Below, piece by piece: positions 15,574-21,367 of a DNA stretch of 21,382 bases. The DNA comes from a virus (lineage: Duplodnaviria; Heunggongvirae; Uroviricota; Caudoviricetes): the IMG/VR virus record IMGVR_UViG_3300028833_000002. The stretch is one strand, 5' to 3'. The number at the start of each line of letters is the position of its first letter. Position 1 is the first letter of the stretch. The notes below the pieces were generated by a model. The model was not told the origin of the DNA, searched no databases, and worked only from the letters and a program-made list of their open reading frames with translations. The position numbers and the translations under genes are program-made.

Positions 15574-15587
15574 AATTTAGTCCTTTC

Positions 15588-15650
15588 TTAATCAATAAAC
15601 ATTAAAATAACTGCAAAGAGAGTTAAACCTATAAGCATCAATGCGGTCAT
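15588..15650 (-). CDS. 20-aa hydrophobic peptide MTALMLIGLTLFAVILMFID (below the ORF-track cutoff)
   Basis: GAGGTG RBS directly after the cassette promoter; TAA followed by the RBS of the HAD gene. Confidence 0.65.
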   Translation of the reverse strand: MTALMLIGLTLFAVILMFID

Positions 15651-15675
15651 TTAAACACCTCTTTTCTATGTTTCT

Positions 15676-15704
15676 ATTATAACATATTTATAGGCGGTTG
15701 TCAA
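15676..15704 (-). promoter_or_regulatory. consensus sigma-A promoter (cassette without the structured leader)
   Basis: TTGACA-17-TATAAT. Confidence 0.95.
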
Positions 15705-15744
15705 TAGTTTTTAAAAATTTTTTATTTCCAGTTCCTACCAAAAT

Positions 15745-15752
15745 GCCCGGGC
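15745..15752. promoter_or_regulatory. GCCCGGGC core of the periodic site
   Basis: 41 bp from -35. Confidence 0.7.
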
Positions 15753-15781
15753 ATTCTGTCAAAATTTTCCAGTTATACCAT

Positions 15782-15820
15782 AAAAATGGGGCGGCAACCC
15801 TTTTCCAAGAGTTACCGCCC
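15782..15820 (-). terminator. terminator, cassette 5
   Basis: GGGCGGTAACTCTT-GGAA-AAGGGTTGCCGCCC then CATTTTT. Confidence 0.8.
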
Positions 15821-15826
15821 TTACCA

Positions 15827-16552
15827 TTAAAATGGAAGCCATCTTTCGTATCCAGTTTCTTCCACAAATTTTTGAAATGTTTTCCAAGCACAAATACAAT
15901 TCCATACTTGTTTTTTACCAGATTTTAACGCCCATAGCAAAATTTCATACTCTATCATAACATCACTTAAACCTGTATGTTCTTCTTCAAAATCAGCATA
16001 ACTTTCACCCTTTAAATATCTATAGACTATCTCGGCACTATAACGATAATTACCTTTTTCTGTCAGATAACCATGTCTATCACAGAACTGTAAATATTTC
16101 GGGTCAAGTAGTCTACTATGAACAACCGCACTCATAATGTCACGTATTTCCAATTCTAACATTTCATACCTTGCGCCTAAAAGACGGGATAAAGCGGAAT
16201 TGTCAAAAGCTACATTATAAGCATACAGTTTTTTGATTTTGTATTTCTGAATATCACTTGTAAATAATATCCAAAAACTTTCAATACTTATGCACTTGTA
16301 CTTCCTGTTTTTAGCACTATTCTCATAGTCTGTTAAAATGTCTTTAGTGTTTTTTAAGTGCATTTCCTTACATAAGCCAGTTTCTAAAGAATTTATCAGA
16401 TTTTGCCACACCGCATAAGGTAGCGCAATTGACCTCTTTTGGTAAATATTGCCGGCATTATCTGCTACAATATAACCAATATTGTAGGGTAGGCAAGTGG
16501 AATTTCCTTCCACGTCTAACACTAAAAACTTTTCCTTTGGACGACCTCTCAT
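15827..16552 (-). CDS. DEDDh (DnaQ-like) 3'-5' exonuclease (241 aa)
   Basis: ExoI LVLDVEG, ExoII AYNVAFD, ExoIII EEHTGLSDV. Confidence 0.85.
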   Translation of the reverse strand: MRGRPKEKFLVLDVEGNSTCLPYNIGYIVADNAGNIYQKRSIALPYAVWQNLINSLETGLCKEMHLKNTKDILTDYENSAKNRKYKCISIESFWILFTSDIQKYKIKKLYAYNVAFDNSALSRLLGARYEMLELEIRDIMSAVVHSRLLDPKYLQFCDRHGYLTEKGNYRYSAEIVYRYLKGESYADFEEEHTGLSDVMIEYEILLWALKSGKKQVWNCICAWKTFQKFVEETGYERWLPF

Positions 16553-16563
16553 TTTTTGGTAAT

Positions 16564-16596
16564 TCCTTTCCGGTTTTAACGACTTATGACCTGTCG
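16564..16596 (-). ncRNA. leader stem-loop/pseudoknot + SD, copy D
   Basis: CGAC-AGGUCAUAA-GUCG-UU-AAAACC-GGAAAGGA. Confidence 0.75.
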
Positions 16597-16611
16597 ATTT
16601 ATTATGTTATT

Positions 16612-16640
16612 ATTATATCACATTTGCGGTTGTTTGTCAA
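16612..16640 (-). promoter_or_regulatory. consensus sigma-A promoter
   Basis: TTGACA-17-TATAAT. Confidence 0.95.
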
Positions 16641-16700
16641 GTGTTTTTAAAAAATTTTTTCGCGGCGAAATATGGTAGCGCTGGAAAATGCTGGAAAGTC

Positions 16701-16708
16701 GCCCGGGC
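16701..16708. promoter_or_regulatory. GCCCGGGC core of the periodic site
   Basis: 61 bp from -35. Confidence 0.7.
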
Positions 16709-16740
16709 ATTTTGCCAAAATTTTCCAGTTTTGGATAAAA

Positions 16741-16773
16741 AATAAAAGAGGGCTGAACCGAAGTTCAGTCCTC
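16741..16773 (-). terminator. terminator, cassette 6
   Basis: GAGGACTGAAC-TTCG-GTTCAGCCCTC-TTTTATT. Confidence 0.85.
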
Positions 16774-16779
16774 GCTGGA

Positions 16780-17196
16780 TTATTCTGCCTTATTTTCCGC
16801 CTTTTCCTGTTCTCTTTTTGCCTTGTCTTTTTCTGCCTTTTCTGCTGTCTTTTTCTTCTTTTCCTCTTTTTCCTTTAATGTGTTTTTATACTTCTTTTCT
16901 TCCTCCCATCTATTATATTTTTCAAATTTTCTTTTTTCCGTTCTGTAGTCCTTATACTTGCATAAAGTTGGAGATATTACCGCACAACGTTCAACCCTCT
17001 TACCAGTGTCTTCCAGTTCTACCTCTCCAATGGCAACGGCAACCTCACTGGCACCTACAATGGAAACATTTTCCTCTCCGTATGCTTCAATCATAGCCTT
17101 GACGATAACATCAAAAAGGGTTGCTCTAAAGATGTTATCCATTTTCTGACTTTTTACTTCTTTTTCCTTTAAACTTACAAATTCTGCCTGTTCCAT
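16780..17196 (-). CDS. hypothetical protein with a Lys/Glu-rich C-terminal helix (138 aa)
   Basis: Sole gene of the cassette; GGAAGGA RBS. Confidence 0.85.
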   Translation of the reverse strand: MEQAEFVSLKEKEVKSQKMDNIFRATLFDVIVKAMIEAYGEENVSIVGASEVAVAIGEVELEDTGKRVERCAVISPTLCKYKDYRTEKRKFEKYNRWEEEKKYKNTLKEKEEKKKKTAEKAEKDKAKREQEKAENKAE

Positions 17197-17203
17197 AATC
17201 TTT

Positions 17204-17236
17204 TCCTTCCGGTTTTAACGTCTTATAACCTGACAT
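17204..17236 (-). ncRNA. leader stem-loop/pseudoknot + SD, copy E
   Basis: AUGUC-AGGUUAUAA-GACGU-U-AAAACC-GGAAGGA. Confidence 0.75.
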
Positions 17237-17287
17237 AAATTGATAGTATGGTTTTTAGGTGTTTTCTTCCCTTCACCTTATGTTAAT

Positions 17288-17316
17288 ATTATAGCACATC
17301 TTTTCGGTTTTGTCAA
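17288..17316 (-). promoter_or_regulatory. consensus sigma-A promoter
   Basis: TTGACA-17-TATAAT. Confidence 0.95.
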
Positions 17317-17377
17317 TAGTTTTAGAAAAATTTTTTAAAAAGTTTTTTATGGTAGAATTGGAAAAATCTGGAAAAAC

Positions 17378-17385
17378 GCCCGGGC
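17378..17385. promoter_or_regulatory. GCCCGGGC core of the periodic site
   Basis: 62 bp from -35. Confidence 0.7.
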
Positions 17386-17419
17386 AAAAAGGTAAAAATT
17401 TCCAGTAACATGGTATAAG

Positions 17420-17440
17420 AAAACCGCCCCGAAGGGCGGC
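17420..17440 (-). terminator. terminator, cassette 7
   Basis: GCCGCCC-TTCG-GGGCGGT-TTT. Confidence 0.85.
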
Positions 17441-17445
17441 ATAGA

Positions 17446-17652
17446 TTAATCATCGTATAAATTAAGTGCTTCAATACTTGCGACATCACAATTGTCATCA
17501 AGATACGTATTTAAGTCAATTTCTGTATTTCCTGTATACGGTTCACCTGTTAAATCTGCGATTGTTGACAAAACGTCTTCAAGTGCGGAGGAATATTCGG
17601 TATACGCACATATTGCACAACCCATACTATGCACTACATATATTTCTTTCAT
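17446..17652 (-). CDS. small acidic protein (68 aa)
   Basis: ATGA coupling with the upstream gene; about 14 D/E versus 1 K. Confidence 0.75.
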   Translation of the reverse strand: MKEIYVVHSMGCAICAYTEYSSALEDVLSTIADLTGEPYTGNTEIDLNTYLDDNCDVASIEALNLYDD

Positions 17653-18044
17653 TTGTTATACCCCTTTTCTTTAAGAAACTCAATACATTTTTCCGTCCAA
17701 TTAACCATAAGTTCTGCTTGTTCTAAGTAATCTGTTATACGCACTACGTGACCGTCTTCACGAGCAATAAACCATGAATTTTTCCATGGAACCTCCAAAC
17801 ATCTTGCTAAAATGCCATAATTTACATCAGTAAAAGCCTCATGAAAGTATCGAACCATGTAATCTTTTTCCTTTTCTGAAAGTCCCATTACTTGGAAGGG
17901 ATAACCACATTCGGCTATTAAACTTATTACTTCGCTTACTTCATCATCTCTTTCCCCTTCAATTATTTCAAATTCCGGAACTTTGTATTCAATTATCTTA
18001 AAATTTAAACTTATTGCATCATTTTTACAAACCTTAATATACAT
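17649..18044 (-). CDS. hypothetical protein (131 aa)
   Basis: GGAGGT RBS, TGA stop. Confidence 0.8.
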   Translation of the reverse strand: MYIKVCKNDAISLNFKIIEYKVPEFEIIEGERDDEVSEVISLIAECGYPFQVMGLSEKEKDYMVRYFHEAFTDVNYGILARCLEVPWKNSWFIAREDGHVVRITDYLEQAELMVNWTEKCIEFLKEKGYNK

Positions 18045-18045
18045 A

Positions 18046-18258
18046 TTATACCTCCTTTACAAACAAAGCTATGTTTAATGTCAAGAAAATTCCATTAATG
18101 ATAGCTCCTACCAATGCCTTATGTCTTATACTATCAAGAAGACCAGCACTTGACGACACTATGAAACAAGGTGCTGCCCAATTACTTCCAGCATAGCATA
18201 ATCCTGCCGCGATAGCACAGCAGAATATCATAAATACTTCAATATCTCTTATCTTCAT
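18046..18258 (-). CDS. small membrane protein (70 aa)
   Basis: Two to three hydrophobic segments; first gene of the cassette. Confidence 0.8.
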   Translation of the reverse strand: MKIRDIEVFMIFCCAIAAGLCYAGSNWAAPCFIVSSSAGLLDSIRHKALVGAIINGIFLTLNIALFVKEV

Positions 18259-18267
18259 GGTAAAAAG

Positions 18268-18296
18268 TCCTTCCGGTTTTAGAGTCTTTCCTGACT
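18268..18296 (-). ncRNA. leader stem-loop/pseudoknot + SD, copy F
   Basis: AGUC-AGGAAA-GACU-CU-AAAACC-GGAAGGA; 36 nt identical to copy B. Confidence 0.7.
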
Positions 18297-18310
18297 TATC
18301 TTATGTTTAT

Positions 18311-18339
18311 ATTATATCATATTTGCGATGAGTTGTCAA
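18311..18339 (-). promoter_or_regulatory. consensus sigma-A promoter
   Basis: TTGACA-17-TATAAT. Confidence 0.95.
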
Positions 18340-18379
18340 GTGTTTTTAAAAAATTTTTATTGGGAATTTGTGGTAAAAT

Positions 18380-18387
18380 GCCCGGGC
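18380..18387. promoter_or_regulatory. GCCCGGGC core of the periodic site
   Basis: 41 bp from -35. Confidence 0.7.
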
Positions 18388-18416
18388 AGTTTGGAAGATT
18401 TTACCAGTAATAGGAC

Positions 18417-18443
18417 AAAAAAGAAACCACCCCGAAGGGTGGC
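18417..18443 (-). terminator. terminator, cassette 8
   Basis: GCCACCC-TTCG-GGGTGGT-TTCTTTT. Confidence 0.85.
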
Positions 18444-18448
18444 ATAAG

Positions 18449-18985
18449 TTACCAATTGATATATAATGGATAACAAGGACGCAACATAGAGTTATAAATT
18501 AATATACCTTTTTTAATTTCAGCATTAAAACCATGATTTTGTAAATAAAGTTCAACATCTTTTACACAATATTCAATTGGAAGGTCATAAGTAGTTTCAC
18601 GATGACCACATTTAGCATCTAAAACAATCACACGTTCTATGTATTTAAGTTCCTTTGATATTCCTTTACGTCGTCTAAGTTCCTCTTTATCTTCCTTTAA
18701 TTGCTTTTTGTATTCTCCTTTGTTAATTACCCTTTGTGCTTTTTCAAGCGTAGACAGTTTTCTCGGTTTTGTTGAGAAATCATAACTGATACCAATATCT
18801 ATCCACACTACCATTATTACAAAAAAGCGAGTTATAAATATAAAAAATAAGGGAGTGAATAAATCTGAGGTGCCTAAAAGGCGAGATAACATTAAAATGC
18901 TAAAAATAGTAAAAGCAATATTCATTATGTGTATTATCATACTCCATAAATTAAAAATGTTTAAATTTCTTTCCTTTTCTGACAT
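18449..18985 (-). CDS. membrane protein, two N-terminal TM helices plus a basic coiled coil (178 aa)
   Basis: Hydrophobic aa about 10-35 and 43-66; sole gene of the cassette. Confidence 0.85.
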   Translation of the reverse strand: MSEKERNLNIFNLWSMIIHIMNIAFTIFSILMLSRLLGTSDLFTPLFFIFITRFFVIMVVWIDIGISYDFSTKPRKLSTLEKAQRVINKGEYKKQLKEDKEELRRRKGISKELKYIERVIVLDAKCGHRETTYDLPIEYCVKDVELYLQNHGFNAEIKKGILIYNSMLRPCYPLYINW

Positions 18986-18993
18986 ATAGTTTA

Positions 18994-19025
18994 TCCTTCC
19001 GGTTTTATAGAGTTGTAACCTCTCT
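18994..19025 (-). ncRNA. leader stem-loop/pseudoknot + SD, copy G
   Basis: AGAG-AGGUUACAA-CUCU-AU-AAAACC-GGAAGGA. Confidence 0.75.
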
Positions 19026-19037
19026 TTCTATATTCTT

Positions 19038-19066
19038 ATTATATCATATTTCGCCGCGATTGTCAA
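19038..19066 (-). promoter_or_regulatory. consensus sigma-A promoter
   Basis: TTGACA-17-TATAAT; spacer contains ATCGCGGCGAAA. Confidence 0.95.
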
Positions 19067-19107
19067 CACCTTTTTCAAAAAAATTTTTTACCAATTCCTA
19101 CCAAATT

Positions 19108-19115
19108 GCCCGGGC
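19108..19115. promoter_or_regulatory. GCCCGGGC core of the periodic site
   Basis: 42 bp from -35. Confidence 0.7.
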
Positions 19116-19148
19116 GTTTCGCCAAAATTTACCATTTCTACCATAAAC

Positions 19149-19174
19149 AAAAACCGCCCTCTTTCGAGAGCGGC
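19149..19174 (-). terminator. terminator, cassette 9
   Basis: GCCGCTCTC-GAAA-GAGGGCGGT-TTTT. Confidence 0.85.
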
Positions 19175-19180
19175 AAATTA

Positions 19181-19543
19181 TTACTTTACGATGTATTTAT
19201 TCGGAGTACCCTTCTGAATGTCAACTATATCGGCATTCTGTAAGTTTCTCATAATCGCTGTAAACTTTGACGAGTTCATTTTAAAGTCATATTCCTTTTC
19301 AAGTTCACCGATGACTGTTGCCTGTTTCTTCCATATTTCGTCCATGGTATAAATCAGACCTTTGTTTAAACCCGCTACCATTTTCTTACCAATTTCTGTG
19401 TTCTGTTCTCTCTTTTCTGCGGAATTTTTTGCCGACCTTGCGTTTTTACTGTCAACACTGGCAAGAAGTGCCTTTGCTTTTTCTGTAATTTCGTCGCTAA
19501 GATTTGCGGCAATAACCGCATTATAAAATTCTCTCTGTGTCAT
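19181..19543 (-). CDS. small protein with a probable C-terminal winged helix (120 aa), distant paralog of 20358 and 20946
   Basis: AAGGAGGG RBS; shared MT.R.FY..V.AN.....E...A N-terminus and NSSK...I.R....V...P..Y C-terminus. Confidence 0.8.
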   Translation of the reverse strand: MTQREFYNAVIAANLSDEITEKAKALLASVDSKNARSAKNSAEKREQNTEIGKKMVAGLNKGLIYTMDEIWKKQATVIGELEKEYDFKMNSSKFTAIMRNLQNADIVDIQKGTPNKYIVK

Positions 19544-19556
19544 GGTAAAACCCTCC

Positions 19557-20096
19557 TTATTCCTCTACTGTTACCGTATCTTCATAGAACTGACAAATTG
19601 TATCATCCGATAATCTAAGTATGATATACTTTTTACCGTCTTTTCTTCTATTATTAGTAGTGCCGATAAATTCATATCTGTTACAACCCCAACGAAAAAT
19701 GTCATGTGGTTTAAGTTCTGATAACTTTTTCTTTACTTCAAATTTAGGGCGCTCAACGTGGTTATACTTTGCCCAAAGTACACCTAAACCAGTAAAGACT
19801 TTAAACTTATCCTTTTTATTACAATAAGTTTCCACAAACTTACCGCTACGAGTATTAAGAAGACCTATTTTACGTGCCTTCGTGTTAACAGTAACCACAT
19901 AATTACCAAAGGTAAAGCTGTCGGCGCCTCCATAGGCATAGTCCTGGCGTTCAAAAGTTCTGTAAACTTCTGTCATTACATCATCAAAATCCATTGGAAA
20001 GCCTACCTGACCACTATTTACCGTTGCATTTGCCATAGCAATAATGAATGAATGCATCTGTGAGAGAGTCCATGTTGAGAATGTAAGATTTTCCAT
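19557..20096 (-). CDS. hypothetical phage protein (179 aa)
   Basis: First gene of the cassette; contains C...D.F....G motif (YCNKKDKFKVFTG), which recurs in phage hypotheticals from recall. Confidence 0.85.
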   Translation of the reverse strand: MENLTFSTWTLSQMHSFIIAMANATVNSGQVGFPMDFDDVMTEVYRTFERQDYAYGGADSFTFGNYVVTVNTKARKIGLLNTRSGKFVETYCNKKDKFKVFTGLGVLWAKYNHVERPKFEVKKKLSELKPHDIFRWGCNRYEFIGTTNNRRKDGKKYIILRLSDDTICQFYEDTVTVEE

Positions 20097-20104
20097 AGTT
20101 AAAT

Positions 20105-20136
20105 TCCTTTCCGGTTTTATAGACTTGAACCTGTCT
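20105..20136 (-). ncRNA. leader stem-loop/pseudoknot + SD, copy H
   Basis: AGAC-AGGUUCAA-GUCU-AU-AAAACC-GGAAAGGA. Confidence 0.75.
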
Positions 20137-20163
20137 GTTTGTTTTGTTTTATCTTATGTATAT

Positions 20164-20192
20164 ATTATAGCATAGAATAGGATACTTGTCAA
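20164..20192 (-). promoter_or_regulatory. consensus sigma-A promoter
   Basis: TTGACA-17-TATAAT. Confidence 0.95.
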
Positions 20193-20264
20193 TAGTTTTT
20201 TGAAAATTTTTTAAATTTATTTTTCGCGGCGAAATATGGTAAGATTGGTAAGAATTGGCAAAAT

Positions 20265-20272
20265 GCCCGGGC
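20265..20272. promoter_or_regulatory. GCCCGGGC core of the periodic site
   Basis: 73 bp from -35; TGGCAAAAT-GCCCGGGC-GTTTCGCCA imperfect palindrome. Confidence 0.7.
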
Positions 20273-20307
20273 GTTTCGCCAAAATTTTCCAATGGTGGAA
20301 ATAAAAG

Positions 20308-20332
20308 AAAACCGCCCTCTTTCGAGAGCGGC
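20308..20332 (-). terminator. terminator, cassette 10
   Basis: GCCGCTCTC-GAAA-GAGGGCGGT-TTT. Confidence 0.85.
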
Positions 20333-20357
20333 TTCCAGTTTCTGCCGTTTTTGGTTA

Positions 20358-20675
20358 TCACTTCTTGCTGTACTGCTTAGGTGACGAATCATCTGATACA
20401 ACCTTATCCTTTAAGATTTCACGGAGAACGTAACCAATCTTTGAGGAGTTGTACTTGCCTGAGAACATAGCAACGATGTCAGAGTTAAGGTACTTCTTTC
20501 CAGCCTCCATCTTGGCGAGGATTTCCTCGCCGAGAGCAACGTTAGCTTCACGCTTGCTGTCCTTTGCCTTATCTTCCTCCGCAAACTTAGCAAGGTACTT
20601 TCCAGCAATTTCCTTAGCTTCTGCTGAAATTGTTGCATTTGCGGCTACCTCTGAATAAAAAGCTCTAAGTGTCAT
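20358..20675 (-). CDS. small protein with a probable C-terminal winged helix (105 aa), tandem copy 1
   Basis: 98 of 105 aa identical to 20946-21263. Confidence 0.85.
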   Translation of the reverse strand: MTLRAFYSEVAANATISAEAKEIAGKYLAKFAEEDKAKDSKREANVALGEEILAKMEAGKKYLNSDIVAMFSGKYNSSKIGYVLREILKDKVVSDDSSPKQYSKK

Positions 20676-20684
20676 AATTAAAAT

Positions 20685-20716
20685 TCCTTTCCGTTTTATA
20701 GTCTTATAACGTGACT
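20685..20716 (-). ncRNA. leader stem-loop/pseudoknot + SD, copy I (compensatory variant)
   Basis: AGUC-ACGUUAUAA-GACU-AU-AAAAC-GGAAAGGA; loop CGUU matches tail AACG. Confidence 0.75.
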
Positions 20717-20763
20717 TAAATTGTTTTTAAGGGGTTTTCTTTATCCCCTCACCTTATGTATAT

Positions 20764-20792
20764 ATTATAACATAGATTTATTAGAATGTCAA
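20764..20792 (-). promoter_or_regulatory. consensus sigma-A promoter
   Basis: TTGACA-17-TATAAT. Confidence 0.95.
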
Positions 20793-20853
20793 TAGTTTTT
20801 CTAAAAAATTTAAAAAAGTTTTTTATGGAAGAATTGGAAAAATCTGGCAAAGT

Positions 20854-20861
20854 GCCCGGGC
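20854..20861. promoter_or_regulatory. GCCCGGGC core of the periodic site
   Basis: 62 bp from -35. Confidence 0.7.
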
Positions 20862-20896
20862 GAAATGGAAAAATTTTCCAGTAATGGGTTAAAATG

Positions 20897-20921
20897 AAAG
20901 CCGCCCTCTTTCGAGAGCGAC
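20897..20921 (-). terminator. terminator, cassette 11
   Basis: GTCGCTCTC-GAAA-GAGGGCGGC-TTT. Confidence 0.8.
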
Positions 20922-20945
20922 TTCCAAACTGTGGCAGTTTTGGTA

Positions 20946-21263
20946 TCACTTTAATGAATACTGCTTTGGACTGGAATCGTCTGCCACTACCTTATCCTTT
21001 AAGATTTCTCTAAGGACATAACCAATCTTGCTTGAATTGTACTTGCCTCCAAACATTGCCACAATGTCGGAGTTAAGATACTTCTTACCCTTTTCCATCT
21101 TGGCAATAATTTCCTCGCCAAGTGCCACATTTGCGGCTCTCTTGGAATCCTTTTCCTTATCTTCCTCCGCAAACTTAGCAAGGTACTTTCCAGCAATTTC
21201 CTTAGCTTCTGCTGAAATTGTTGCATTTGCGGCTACCTCTGAATAAAAAGCTCTAAGTGTCAT
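20946..21263 (-). CDS. small protein with a probable C-terminal winged helix (105 aa), tandem copy 2
   Basis: Paralog of 20358-20675, offset 588 bp. Confidence 0.85.
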   Translation of the reverse strand: MTLRAFYSEVAANATISAEAKEIAGKYLAKFAEEDKEKDSKRAANVALGEEIIAKMEKGKKYLNSDIVAMFGGKYNSSKIGYVLREILKDKVVADDSSPKQYSLK

Positions 21264-21273
21264 AATAATAACT

Positions 21274-21305
21274 TCCTTCCGGTTTTAACGTCTTGAACCT
21301 GACAT
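21274..21305 (-). ncRNA. leader stem-loop/pseudoknot + SD, copy J
   Basis: AUGUC-AGGUUCAA-GACGU-U-AAAACC-GGAAGGA. Confidence 0.75.
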
Positions 21306-21367
21306 TGATAATTTAAATTCTTACTCGGTGAATTTTCGTTTCCTGTTTCCCTTCACCTTATGTATAT

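Noticed and set aside
19181-19543. Z-alpha (Z-DNA/RNA binding) domain suggested by the GTPNKY wing
   Set aside because: The key Asn, Tyr and Trp residues of Z-alpha are not present; only a generic wHTH resemblance remains.
849-20234. TCGCGGC motif as a polar Chi/KOPS-like signal
   Set aside because: Both orientations occur on both sides of the central region and the full motif is palindromic.
11759-20861. Classical integron attC sites
   Set aside because: No GTTRRRY/RYYYAAC ends or attC-type long imperfect hairpin, cassettes carry their own promoters, and no IntI is in the window.
15688-20949. Short ORFs crossing intergenic modules (15688, 15698, 16672, 20149, 20189, 20749) that resemble each other (e.g. 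PGH/PGT...CYNIYI)
   Set aside because: The similarity is only the translation of the shared DNA module; they run through promoters and terminators.
12702-21305. Leader as a preQ1-I riboswitch
   Set aside because: Size and A-rich tail are similar, but the loops end in AA rather than the ligand-pairing C, the consensus does not match as I recall it, and downstream genes are unrelated to queuosine. An Rfam scan is still needed.
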